From: Eledone cirrhosa
Taxonomy: Eukaryota
DNA length: 64,000 nt
NCBI GenBank assembly: GCA_964016885.1
Contig: OZ024742.1
Coordinates: 187,612,001 to 187,676,000 of the forward strand
Reading direction: 5' to 3'
Made by a program: the position numbers and the translations under genes. Positions 42,712 through 56,260 of this stretch are shown here, piece after piece. A model generated the notes under the pieces. It did not search any database, was not told the DNA's origin, and saw only the letters and a list, made by a program, of their open reading frames with translations. Numbering within the stretch: position 1 is the stretch's first letter; each line of letters starts with the position of its first letter.

Positions 42712-42888
42712 TGGCAGTATAGGTAGAGGGTCGGACCTGCTTTCCAGCGTAGTCACGTCTCTTTACGATCTGAGTTCAAATCCCGCCGAGGTTAACTTTG
42801 CCTTTCATCCATACGGGGTCGATAATATAAAGTACCAGTAATTATACTGGGTAATTGCTGGCCTTGTGGCAAAAAGTAGAAACAATTA
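42712..42888 (+). mobile_element. full tRNA-derived SINE (dominant family)
   Basis: A-box tggcagtatagg, B-box gagttcaaatccc, central domain and tail. Confidence 0.9.
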
Positions 42889-42899
42889 TATATGTGTGT

Positions 42900-42960
<61 letters not shown>

Positions 42961-42963
<3 letters not shown>

Positions 42964-43026
42964 AAAGCTCTTTCGTCACACATTATGTGACCTCTTGTGT
43001 GACGAATGTGTGACGAAAGAACTTTG

Positions 43027-43028
<2 letters not shown>
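42961..43028. repeat. 68-bp hairpin embedded in (TA)n
   Basis: 24-bp arms gtcaaagctctttcgtcacacatt / aatgtgtgacgaaagaactttgac with one mismatch. Confidence 0.85.
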
Positions 43029-43092
<64 letters not shown>

Positions 43093-43159
43093 TATATATA
43101 TATATATATATATAGTGACGGAACATAAGTCAATTGCATGAATTCATAATCCTTTATTT

Positions 43160-43215
43160 ACTGCTATATATATTTCGATGATAGCCATTGAATGGCTATG
43201 ACCTCATCAGGCAGT
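43160..43215 (-). ncRNA. minimal type I hammerhead ribozyme
   Basis: Minus: actgc-CTGATGA-ggtcatagccatt c aatggctatcatc-GAAA-TATATA-TA-gcagt; about 45 nt from (TA)n. Confidence 0.9.
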
Positions 43216-43376
43216 TAGTCAGTTCTTAGATATGCCAGCTCTGTGTGTATTATGTTGATACTATCAGAGCCTTGGGACATATATATATATATATGTGTGT
43301 GTGTATATAAAGTGTTAAAACTATCAAATTTTAGTTTATAACATTTATTTGCTGACAATTTATATAATGAATGACA

Positions 43377-43475
<99 letters not shown>

Positions 43476-43622
43476 TATATAGCTATATATATATATGTAT
43501 GTATATATGTATGTATATATGTATATATGTATATATGTATATATGTATATATGTATATGCGTGTATATATGTATATATATATATATGTGTGTATATATAT
43601 ATTTAACAGTATTAGTTATTAT

Positions 43623-44153
43623 TGTAGTCGCCACTTTAACAGGGTAGATGATTGAAGGTCGTTAGTTGCCAGTGTGGTAAGTGATAGTATCCTCGTTGGA
43701 TTATCTTGTTTACATAGACGTGAGGGAAGGTCCCTCGATCTATTTACCATCTATTTACAATATTCCTTTCGTCAGGTCGCCAATTCCAGCAGCATGTATT
43801 AAAGATGTTATTGAGACACGAGTAACATAACAATGATTTCAACAGCAGTAATTAGAGATTAACTGTATGTTTATTTATATGGTTGAAGTTACAGATAAAA
43901 ATAGGTTACAAAAGGGAATGTGCCATTGCGCCGTTAAGCCGGCGAGGCTAGGGGTGCAATATCTCACTGTTACATTATGCGTGTTGCTGGCTCGAAGTTT
44001 CTGGTACAAGAGGGAGATTCTTCAAATCTTCGCGGGGAATTTCTTCCTCAGGGCGCGTAGGGATACATCCTCTTCTACTGGCGCTGATTGGCTGAACTGA
44101 GCCAAATCACGCACAGAGAATGTATGTGAGCCCGCGGAATGTAGGTCACTACA
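43623..44153 (-). mobile_element. probable solo LTR
   Basis: Ends TGTAGT..ACTACA; GC/CpG-richer 531-bp block; AATAAA on minus near 43870; TSD not clean. Confidence 0.55.
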
Positions 44154-44217
44154 TATATATATATATATATGTGTGTGTGTGTATATATGTATATATATAC
44201 GTGTATATATAAATATA

Positions 44218-44248
<31 letters not shown>

Positions 44249-44271
44249 GTGTGTATATATGTAAATAGATA

Positions 44272-44312
<41 letters not shown>

Positions 44313-44480
44313 ATATATGTATAGGTGGATATATATATGTGTGTATATATATGTGTGTATAAAAAATGTGTATATATGTGTATATGTGTATATATTTACA
44401 TGTATATGTGTATATATATACATGTATATGTGTATATATATATATATGTATATATGTATATATATGTATCTACATATGCA

Positions 44481-44515
<35 letters not shown>

Positions 44516-44558
44516 TGAAACATTGAATGAGAAGATATATATATATATATAGGTAGGT

Positions 44559-44618
<60 letters not shown>

Positions 44619-45429
44619 CTACCTATATATATATATATATATATACCTACCTATATATATATCTTCTCATTCAATCTTTTCTATGCGTTTTACCGCCTGC
44701 AAACAAAATATATTTATGCCTAGTTAATATATTTTTAAATGTTCATTAAAACTAAAGAAAAAAAAATGATAACATTTTGAAAACTTTCTCAAAACCAACT
44801 AAATGGAATGGAATTGAATATTTGTATGCTTGCATTATAAGATATAATTGGTAGTCGGCCATTAATTGAACTATCAATTTACGCATAAAGCCAGAGAAAC
44901 ACACGAAACCGCAAATGGGAATAATAATGTACGACATATTAGCAATAAAACAACAAAATGAGTCCTAAGTATTGTAGATGCCATAAATTTCCCTGGCATT
45001 TTATAGTGATCCCCTGTAAGCAATAATCTATTTTTCTAAAGCTTTTAGCAATTCTATAGTCTTGTGTAGCAATGTAAATGACAATAGATAATTTATATTT
45101 GTGAGTTTATATTGAAATATAACGTTTGTTCCGAAATAGATAGCAAGGTGTTATGTTACAATTGGAAGTAGTCTTTGAATTAAACGTTGAATGGGTGAGA
45201 CATATCGGATTATTGCTACAAGGAAGTTATATTCCTTTATTATTTATTACAAAACACAACTGATTCCATTCATATGTAAGACAAACCAGAATAGAAACAC
45301 ACACCCTCCATATCAATTTTACTTTTGAAAAGCATAAGAACTGTGAAACCGGTAAAGTGAATAATTAAAAATTCTTAAAAAACTCTAGTGGCATTTACAA
45401 TTTCTTTTCTCTCTCTATATATATATATA

Positions 45430-46200
45430 TAAGGACACAGCAAACAGAGGTACAAAAAAGTATATTTCACTGTTTCTATGGAAAAGGGGAAAGTAAGTTC
45501 GACGTATCGAGCTTTAGCCCGTCTTCAGGAGTACTAAAATAGAGACAGGACTACAGAGGATAGATACAGAAATGTAAAGGTAGTCAAAGTAAAACAAAAT
45601 AGAAGCAAAAATAAAGTAAACAAGACAAACAGTTAAGTATTATCGGCAACGACATTGGAATGCTAAGTGAAGTGTGTGTGTCTTAGCGATATATATTGGC
45701 TGTTAGCAACTTTGGGTAGAAAGCGTACGGATTCTCTTGTAAAAGTAGCCGAGGGATATACTTAGGGCTCAGAGAGTCGGAACAAGTACGTTGGTATTTT
45801 CCGTGGTTCTCTGCAGTCACATTTATGTTTTGCTTTTGAACCTTTTTGAATTGATAGATAGTAACCAGTCCGTGCCCAGTGGATTGACGGAACTTTTAAG
45901 AAATCGAACCTGATGCATTTTGTTATTTGTACTGATTCTGTGTTCAAACCTCGCCTTCCGTCATTGCAGAATAGTTTCCTCGGTTCGACTTGGCAATCAG
46001 CTCCCTTCCTTTCATAATTTAAATATCTAATGTAATATATTCTACTTATCAATTATTTGATTTTATCTGTGAATATACTTCATTCATGTATTTCGATTAT
46101 GACATAATCTTTGGATAAAAATGCCCTGAAGTATTCAGTTCTTTTAATTCTGGATAAAATGCATGTCCTAGGGGTTACGGTGTTGGTTTCATGCTCACGT
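45430..46200 (-). mobile_element. decayed Penelope-like element with degenerate hammerhead (about 45496-45532)
   Basis: Minus: actc-CTGAAGA-cgggctaaagctc-GATA-cg-TC-gaac; (TA)n just downstream. Confidence 0.45.
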
Positions 46201-47424
46201 TACTCCCCTGAATACCAACACCAGCATCTGCAGCAGCAACCGGGATACATTACTGTGGCGGATTAGTGGGTGGACCTTGTCCTATGTCGTTCCATGAGCA
46301 TAAGAGAAGCACGAGATGGAGAGCTGGATCAGGAACATGGATAAAAACAGTACAGATTAGGAATAGTAGGCAACTGCTTTGGATGGCATTCGATGAAAGA
46401 CAATGACTGAAAATGATGAAGGTAATAATTATAAACTGTGATGATTATAAACTTTATAAAGTTATTACTCTTCGTGAATTATATGCAGGCAAAAATGCTC
46501 TATAACACTCGTAAACATTAAGTTAATAATTAATATAAAATTAAAGTTAATATATAATGTAAAATATCATATAACCAACCACCACCCTCTCTCGTTAACT
46601 CAGAATACCATATTACTAGTGAGTTACTTGTTTGGAGAGAAGAGCCTCAATGTAATTTTTAAGCAGAATCAGGCACAAAATATGAATCTTCTAATTACAG
46701 GCAAATTCCATCCGTTTCTATAATTTCAAATCCCATTGAAGTCCACTTTGCCTCTCTTCATTTGGACGTTGATAATGTACAAGCTTAGCATATTTCACAC
46801 TCCAACTTTCTCCTTTTCTTTCCTTCTCCCCCTATCTCTTTCTCATTCTCTCTTTTTCTTTCACTCTCTTCCTCTTTCTCTCGCCCTCTCTCTCTCGCCC
46901 TCAGAAATAGGCTGTGTGTAGACCTGGAGAGAGAATGGACTCTAAGAAGTTTTAGAAATACCCAAGACATGCCGAGTGTCATGACGACGCTCTTATGAAT
47001 CCAATAGGAGTTAACAGGACCATACAATAGAAACAGATGACCGATAAAGCAGATGAATATTTTGTTCAATTATATTCATAACTGGGCGTTCTTGCTTTAT
47101 TATTTTGTCTTGTTGTCCGTAGGGTGCAGGTGAGATAGACTGTCCAACTGATGGTCTAGATTTGACCCTTCCGTGACTTCACTTTTTAAGTCTTTTCTCT
47201 TATTGGATTTTAAAACATGGATTTTAGCATGTCAATATTTCATTTTTTAGACATTATAAATGGCATTTAGAACAATTTCAAATGAAATCATTACATCTAA
47301 TACTTCTCAGTTTCTGGACGACTGCCATGTTTGGCAGAAACAGTGTTTCAACTTAAAGGGAAATAACTTAGTGTAAAATGCACACGTAAGTTTAACCGCT
47401 GTATTATAGATATATATTGGACGC

Positions 47425-47690
47425 AGGCATAACTAAGTAAAAAGTGTCTCTAATCAACTATTATATTCCGGCTTCGATCCCATTGCAGGACATTTGGTGG
47501 ATGTGCAATATATTATAACCGGCGGTTCATCCAAGTTGTGTGATTGAAATTGGGCGTGTGAAACTTAGAAGGTTGTCGGATAAGCTGTCATTCAAATTCG
47601 AAGGGCCACCTTTATCATACAATGCGTAACACCGAATCTCCCTGAGAATTTGTCATATGTGTCAGGACTGCTCACCTAATTATATTATAC
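47425..47690 (+). mobile_element. decayed tRNA-derived SINE
   Basis: B-box ggcttcgatccc; body is the reverse of the 2780-3085 family. Confidence 0.5.
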
Positions 47691-49910
47691 ATCATAAACT
47701 AAATATTTAATCAAAAGTGACAAATTTGTCACAAAACTTCACGCTGAATCTGAGAATTATTTCTTTTGTATAAATGTAGAGAAATGGTTTTATGCCAACT
47801 AAATTATTTTACAAACATAAGTTATACAATAATAGAAATATAAAAAAAAGTTAAAAAACGGAATAAAGTAATGAAAAATCAAGCAGAAAAGGGTAAAAAA
47901 GAGCAGATCTGGCTGTATGATAAAATACCATAAATGTGAAGAACATGAGAGAAAGAGAAAGGAATATTAGGCAACGAGAGAAAGAGAGGGGGAAGAGGAG
48001 AGGTGACATACTCTGAGCCTAGGTCGGTTTCGGTTGCACCCCACAGACAAAACATCTGAGAATTATATTTCTGGTACACTTGCCTGTGTGATGCTCAGCC
48101 ACTTAACGGTTAATTTAACGAGAAAGCTGTTCGATTGATCGAACAATTTGAACACTCATCGACGACACCGAGGGAATTCCATTACATTGCTCGCTTTGGA
48201 TTCCTTCGCAACCAGTTTATAAAATCTATAAACCGTCTTCCTAACCTGACCCATGAGAAGTATTTGTATCCTTTGTTTGTTTCTGTGAGTTCTATTAATT
48301 TTACTGGATAGGAAATGGTTTGTAAGGTTTACATCATAGTTTCCTAAGAAGGCAAAATTATGCGGGGAAACTTAGCAGATCACATTGAATTCTAGTTCAT
48401 TTGGTTCTTCACTATTATCGTTATTTGATGTTTAGCAAACTGATTAAGATCAACATTTGAAATCATTGCGCAACAAATACTCTCACATTTGACTATTATA
48501 AATCTCCAATTTCAGTAACTAAATACTTGTAATGTATTGTTCGTGCGAAAAAGAAAAAAAAAAGGCAAAATATATCTCATTCACAGAAAACATAAAAGAT
48601 ACATTCTCTCTGACTGGTTAGTAAATATTATAAACAAAGCAATCTTTCGTGACCGGCAGTAAATACACAAACCCCGTTGGATATTCAATAACAAGTAAGA
48701 CTTCACAAAGTAAAACCACCCCAAAAATTAAAACATACAGAAAATGAAATATATTTCTTGCAAGAAACACAATACATTGCATAAACATATTCTTTCTCTT
48801 ATTCTTTTATTGATTATAACGTGAGCTTTCTTGATGTAATGAAATATTAAAGGATAACTACTACCTCTTTTCTAATGTATGAGATTCATGTTGATTAAAT
48901 AATCGAGATGTTACTCCCTATATTGCTGGTATATAATACATACCGTTGGGAGTCTCGATAGTTTAAATGAACAGTCAAACATATACATATGGTGAATCGG
49001 CACGGTCGTTAGGGTGTTGGATTAAATGTTTTGTGGTATTTGTTGCAGCTCTCTTCGTTCTGATTTCAAATCTTGCTGAGGTCACCTCTGTTTTTATTCA
49101 TTTATGGGTCAGTAGATTGGTGGAATTATTAAAACATTGAACAACATAAGTTGTGGTGTCTGTTCCGACTCTGTGGATTCCGATTTCAAAATCCACTTCC
49201 TGTCACGAGGAAAGTGGGGCAAAGAAGGATATATTATATCAACAATGGAAATAAATTATCTAGGAAAAATACAATGATAGCTCTCTTTTCTTATACTAGG
49301 TAAGCTAGTGTTTGTTTTTGACAGATATTTGCATTGGATCAAACAGCATACATTATGAGTTCAAATCCCACCTCCCGTCAACGGAAAAGTAGACGAGCTA
49401 CACGTATCTCCATGCGTTGCAACGACATATAGTTGCAACATTGGAAAAAAGGATGAATGATTTGATTCCCTGGTCCAAGCAGAAACATCAGTGCCTTACC
49501 TTTCTTCCTTTAGTATTCTTTGTGATATAATACACTAATTTGTGCTAAATATCTTGGTTAGATTTCAAAACAAATAATTAGAAATTTGAGAAGTTAATTT
49601 AGTTAATTCAGAATTTAGCAATGTAGATATATGCTTTTGGCAAACATTTTTTTTTATTTCTTAAAGAAAATCTTTACAAATTCGTTAACGAGACAAGGTA
49701 ACATTTATCAAGGTCAATCGTGATTCGTGAGATAAACTTCCACATCAAAGAAATAACTAATGAAAGGATAACAAAGAATAAAGAGAATTAGAATTAGAAC
49801 CAATTAACTGATGCACACACGAATATGTGTCAATACAATCTTATATACAATTGAACTTTTATCAGCATGTACATGTATGTATGTGTGGGTATGTATAGAT
49901 GTTATATATG

Positions 49911-49941
<31 letters not shown>

Positions 49942-50000
49942 GAGTGTGGAAAGATGTGCTTGAGTATATGGTCTTAGGAGCCACACTCGCAAACATGTTC

Positions 50001-50051
50001 AGAATTAGCCGTCGAAACGGCTTGAGCTCAGCTGTCGGGGTCTTACTGGTT

Positions 50052-50122
<71 letters not shown>

Positions 50123-50322
50123 CGAAGGAAATGTGGTAAGGAACCAGGTGGACCATAACGCACCAAAGTACTCAATACTTGGGGTAGTAGAGTGGGTAAT
50201 AGGAACCAGTAAGACTCCGACGGCTGAGCTCAAGCCGTTTCGACGGCTAATTCTCTTTCCTTTTTAGTTAGTCGGTACGTCGAAACGGCTTGAGCTCAGC
50301 CGTCGGGGTCTTACTGGTTCCT
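50001..50322. mobile_element. Penelope-like end in three alternating copies, each a hammerhead 3' half
   Basis: gtcGAAAcggct-tgagctca-gccG-TC-ggggtc at 50011 (+), about 50213-50244 (-) and 50279 (+). Confidence 0.7.
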
Positions 50323-50349
50323 ATATATATATATATATATATACATATA

Positions 50350-50530
50350 TGGCAGTATCGGTAGTGCGTCAGATACCCTGCTTTGCAGCATAGCTATGGT
50401 CCACTACATTCAGAGTTCAAATCCCGCCGAGGTTAGCATTGCATTTCATCCTTACGGGGTGGATAAAATGAAGTACCAGTAATGCACTGGAGTAATTGCT
50501 GGCCTTGTGCCAAAAGTCGCAACAATTATT
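50350..50530 (+). mobile_element. full tRNA-derived SINE (dominant family)
   Basis: A and B boxes plus central domain. Confidence 0.9.
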
Positions 50531-50954
50531 ATATATGTATAAAAACAATGTGCTTTTTCAATTTACCTGATTTCACGCAGAAAGCATTGATCACCCCAAG
50601 GCTATAGTAAAAGAAACTTGGTCAACGTTCTACGCAAAGAAACTGGTCCCAAAAACTAAATGGTTGCAAAATGAACTCACCAAACACACAGCCATGCCAG
50701 TTCTGTCATTCTTACTAATATAATTCAATATAGATTTTCGGTTTATATATTTTCATTGACGTTTGTACATTAGTTTAAAATCAATATGGAACTGTGTTGA
50801 AAACATAACACCCAAGGCTGTAAGCTCGAACGTCTGTTGTAATTAGGTTGCTGGATTTTCTAATTTAACAATTTATAACTTGTCAAACCACGACATTTTC
50901 TAATACTTACTATTTCACTGATTTTATAGCTTTTTCTTTCTTTCGAGCCCTCTT

Positions 50955-51330
50955 TCTTTCTCTCGCTCTCTCGATTTCTCTCTCGCTCTCTCAATTTCTC
51001 TCTCGCTCTCTCGATTTCGCTCTCGCTCTCTCGATTTCTCTCTCGCTCTCTCGATTTCGCTCTCGCTCTCTCTATTTCGCTCTTGCCCTCTCGATTTCTC
51101 TCTCGCTCTCTCGATTTCTCTCTCGCTCTCTCGATTTCTCTCTCGCTCTCTCGATTTCGCTCTCGCTCTCTCGATTTCTCTCTGGCTCTCTCGATTTCGC
51201 TCTCGCTCTCTCGATTTCGCTCTCGCTCTCTCGATTTCGCTCTCGCTCTCTCGATTTCGCTTGCTCTCTCTCTCGTGCTCCCGCTCTCGCTCGTTCTCGT
51301 GCTCTCTCTCGCGCTCTCGATTTCTCTCTC
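50955..51330. repeat. minisatellite, about 20-bp unit ctctctcgattt(c/g)ctctcg
   Basis: Directly visible. Confidence 0.9.
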
Positions 51331-51474
51331 GCTTTCTGTCTCTACAGTCTCTGTCCTCCACCTCTCTCTCTCTCTCCCATAAGGAACTGTATTTTTGCCT
51401 TACTATTTCATGTATATTACGTACATTATGAAACGCTGACATTCACTTTCACATTGATTTTACAACTTCGTCAC

Positions 51475-52005
51475 TCTGTGTCTGTCTCTGTATGTCTGTC
51501 TGTCTGTCTGCCTCTGTCAGTCTGCCTGTCTGTCCCTCTGTCTGTCTCTGTCTGTCTCTCTATATGTCCTCTGTCTGTATCTCTCTGTATGTCTGTATCT
51601 CTCTGTCCCTCTGTCTGTCTCTGTCTGTCCCTCTGTCTGTATCTATCTGTCCCTCTGTATCTCTCTGTCCCTCTGTCTGTATCTCTCTGTCCATCTGTCT
51701 GTATCTATCTGTCCCTCTGCATCTCTCTGTCCCTCTGTCTGTATCTCTCTGTCCCTCTGTCTGTATCTATCTGTCCCTCTGTATCTCTCTGTCCCTCTGT
51801 ATGTATCTCTCTGTCCATCTGTCCCTCTGCATCTCTCTGTCCCTCTGTCTGTATCTCTCTGTCCCTCTGTCTGTATCTATCTGTCCCTCTGTATCTCTCT
51901 GTCCCTCTGTCTGTCTCTGTCTGTCTCTGCCTGTCTCTGCCTGTCTCTGTCTATTTGTCTGTCACTCTGTCTATCTGTTGTCTTTGTGCCTCTGTCTCTC
52001 TGTCC

Positions 52006-52060
<55 letters not shown>
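51475..52060. repeat. minisatellite ctgtctgtatctctctgtccct plus (CT)n
   Basis: Directly visible. Confidence 0.9.
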
Positions 52061-52064
<4 letters not shown>

Positions 52065-52113
52065 TGAACTGTATTTTTTGCCTTATTACTTCATCTACAT
52101 TATGTAATTGTAT

Positions 52114-52322
52114 TGGCAGAATCGGTAGAGAGTCGGGCACCCTGCTTCACGGCATAGAGTAATTGACCTTTACGTTCTGAGATCAAATCCCACCGAGGCT
52201 AACTTTGCCTTTCATCCTCACTGGGTCGCTATAATAATGTACCAGTGCCACATTGGGGTCGATTTGATCGACATTTCCTTCAGCCAAAATTGCTGGCCTT
52301 GTGCCTAAATAGGAAACTATTA
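52114..52322 (+). mobile_element. full tRNA-derived SINE (dominant family)
   Basis: tggcagaatcggtagag..gatcaaatccc..gcctttcatcc..gctggccttgtgcc. Confidence 0.9.
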
Positions 52323-52384
52323 TATAACTTATGAAACTTATGAAACGGCGACATTTATTTTCACATTTATTGATTTTACAAATT

Positions 52385-52800
52385 TGCCTCTCTCTTTCTC
52401 TCTCACTCACTCTTTCTCTCGCTGTCACTCTCTCTCTCTCTTACTCTTCCTATTTCTCTCTCTCACATACATTTTCTCTCTCTCAGTGACTCGCTTTCTC
52501 TCTCTCTCAGTGTGTCGCTTTCTCTCTCGCTCTCTCTCAGTGTTTCGGTTTTTCTCTCTCTCTCTGACTCGCTTTCTTTCTCTCTCTCTCAGTGTCTCGC
52601 TTTCTCTCTCTCTTTCTCTCTCTCTCTGTCTCGCTTTCTCTCTCTCAGTGTCTGGCTTTTTCTCTCTCTCTTTCTCACTGTCTCGCTTCTTCTCTCTATC
52701 TCTCTCACTGTCTCTCTCTCACTCTCTCACTATCTCTCTCTCTCTCATTATGTCGCTCTCTCTTTCTCTGTCCTCATTCTGTTTCACTGTCTCGCTATAT
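52385..52800. repeat. (CT)-rich satellite with cagtgtctcgcttt units
   Basis: Directly visible. Confidence 0.85.
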
Positions 52801-53425
52801 ATACCTCTTTCTCTTTGTTCCTAGCTCTATCTATACCACCCATTACTTCATAGGTACCTTTCACGGCCTCTCCTTCGCTTTCTTATGTAACTTGACAAAC
52901 TGACTACATACTGATTGTCAATCGGAAACCAAGTTTAATTAATTTCCGTAGTAACCAACAATAGACATTCGATACGATTCGCTATAGTAAAGTTACATAG
53001 GTTCACCAAATCCTAATGTCAACACATTAAATCTTAGCATTTAACGTAAAAATACTTCTATTCTCAGTTCAATTATATGGTCAGTATAATAGTACCATGT
53101 GTAACGAATATTACGTAGAGAATAGATTGGGTCTATAAAAAGTCTTAGAGAATGTAGTCAGTCAATTTAGACCAGTGTAGAACTTGCTAGTTTGCTAGGT
53201 ACACAACAAAAACTCGTGAAATAGAATTTTACATTGTATAAACCAACTACCAGAGCAAATATACACACATACAAATAAATAAATAAATAAATAAATAAAT
53301 AAATATATGTATATCTGTGTGTTTATATAAGTGTATATATATGTGTGTTTATATGTATATATATATATATGTGTATATATATGTATATATGTGTATATGT
53401 ATGTATATATATATATGTGTGTGTG

Positions 53426-53500
<75 letters not shown>

Positions 53501-54135
53501 ATATGTATATATTTATGTATATGGATATATATATATATGAGTGTGTATGTGTATGTAAGTATATATATATATTATATACTACATATATACTACAGAACAC
53601 AGGAAGAGTACTGATGGGAAAAAATCTGAATTGCCAAAAATAACCTATAATGAATGTAATGGATGTAATAGAATTATAAAATGATAGCCTGTCGGGTAGA
53701 TAAGAGTAGTGAATCCTGTAGTCGAACAATGTAACGGTTTTTTCTATCTTTTTTCTATCTACAATACAGTTGGAGGTTTTGTCAAAGAAATAAATTAGAA
53801 TATTATAGAATTTCTTTTTAATTTAGTAAACGTTTCTGTTCTTATGATTAATGCTGCTGAATTCTTCTTTCTGCTAACAAAAACAGGTAGAAAATGTGTT
53901 AGGTTTGTTTATTTAATTCATATGAATGATTTATCAAATGACAGTGACGTGCGAAATGAAAATCTGATTTCAGTAAAGAAGATTCCAGCTCAGAAAACTA
54001 TGCCACTTCATTTATAATTGCATTAATAAAATAAATAATGTTTTGAAGAAAAGAAAACTATATCGATGTTGCTATGTTCTGTATGTACATCTCGAATAAA
54101 AACTAGTTTCATGTCTTTTAAGAATGTATATCAAC

Positions 54136-54222
<87 letters not shown>

Positions 54223-54339
54223 CTCTTTCTCTGCGTCCTTGTATGTGTGTTTATGTGTATCTGTGGGTCTTTGTTTCTTTGTCTTTGTGTATGTGTGCAC
54301 GTATGTGTCTGTATGTGTATAAATGTATGTAAATACATG

Positions 54340-54428
<89 letters not shown>

Positions 54429-54929
54429 ATGGGGAGAAAAAGACGATCATTAGGACGAAAAATATATTCTTTTCCTTTCTATTTTTTCTCTATTTTCTGG
54501 GTTAGAAAATGTTTAAAACAAAATATTTTACTTTGTGTGAGGTGTTAAGTTATTAGTTAATTTATTAATTAATTAACAATGGCATTTATTTATTTATTTA
54601 TATATTTAATAATTGTCAATTACCGGTTTCAGCATTTTATGCATTATCAAAATTTGGAATTTGTGTTGGTGTAAAATGTTGGTGATTTTGAACATGTTAA
54701 GGAAAGGGTAAAGAAAGAATAATGTGATTTACAAATAAGGTTTTTGAAGTGAAAATAAAAAAATAAAAAAAGAGGTAATGTGGAACATGATAAGGTAATG
54801 GAAAAGAAAAAATAATATTATTTACAGGCATAGTTCTTGAAGATAAGCAGTTCAAAATGTGTTATTATGGCAAGAGTGGTTAGTTGATCCATGATGGAGG
54901 CAAATGATAGCTTGCCTCCATCATGGATC

Positions 54930-55305
54930 AACACAGAGACATACACACACAGACATACACACACACACACACACATACACATACAGAGACACACACACAG
55001 ACACACACACACAGAGACAAACACACACACAGAGATACACACACACAGACAAAAACACACAGAGAGACACACATACACAGAGACCCACTCACACACACAC
55101 AGACACACAGATACACACATACACATTCACACACAGAGACACACACACAGAGACACACACACATAGAGACACACACACACACACACAGAGACACAGACAC
55201 AGAGAGACTCAGACACAAACATACACACTCAGACACACACTCAGACACAGACACTCAGACACACACACTCAGACACACACACATAGACACGCGCACGCAC
55301 ACGCG
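54930..55305. repeat. (CA)n/(CAGA) compound microsatellite
   Basis: Directly visible. Confidence 0.9.
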
Positions 55306-55979
55306 CGAGTGATATATATAATGTCAATGCTATGAATGCATAGATTGATTGGCCTTTGCTTTCGATAATGTGCATTCAGTTCTTTGGACACATTTCCTTC
55401 GACGATCCTTTTCAGCGAAATTTTGCACGGAAACTGCAAAAGCTTGACGTGTGTGTATGTAGATATCCGTGCCTGTGTGGTTCTATACAAACGAGACCGT
55501 CATAATGAACCCCAGGCTTGAAAAAATATCATGTGGGTCAATGCAATCGATTAAAAAGTTTTTCATGATGATGCCCCAGTAAGACCGGAATAACTATTAT
55601 TTAGGATAGTTTATAATCAATCTAATGTAGTATATTAGTAGTCAACATAATTTTCACCAATCAATAACAACAGCTCGCTTATATCTCATCATCTATTGAA
55701 CAACAGAATGTCTAAAGCAATTTATTGAAAATATTTAACAGATAAAGCAGCAATTATCATTTTGCATTAATACATTTGAGTCACTAAGAAAATAGATGAA
55801 TTTCATTTCAATAATCATTTGATTTTAATCAGATATTTAATATAGAAAATTATTAATATTTAACGAAGTTTATGCAATTTGCAATTTTACTATTTATAAA
55901 TATTAAATTTAATGATTTCGTTACCGTATATGGAATGTATGTTTAGTAGTTGTAATGTTGGACCATTGGACTAACTTCG

Positions 55980-56260
55980 TTAGTTCGATTTTCGCATAGG
56001 GCAACGCATTGTGTCCATTAGTAAGACAATATATTTCACGTCGCTCCAGTTCGATCGGTTGCTTAAAATGTGTTGACACTGGTGCCAAGCTGCGTCTGCC
56101 TTTGCCTTTCCTTTAGACAACATTATATGGCGATGAGCGGTGACTGGCATGCATGGGTGACAGCTGGCTCTACACAAAATAGTTTGCCTTGGAGGAGAAA
56201 TTTTCAAGTAAAATCCCGGGGTCAGATATAACTGGAGGGCTCGTACTTGTAACGAAAGGT
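55980..56260 (-). mobile_element. SINE, second family (homologue of 21394-21705)
   Basis: gcaacgcattgtgtcc..tatttcacgtcgctccagttcgatcggttgc is similar to 21460-21520. Orientation is uncertain because the matching text reads on plus. Confidence 0.5.

Noticed and set aside
43765-43780. Isolated CTGAnGA hits (43769 -, 44047 -, 36534 +, 36853 -, 19472 -, 16249 -)
   Set aside because: No following stem II, GAAA, NUH and stem I.
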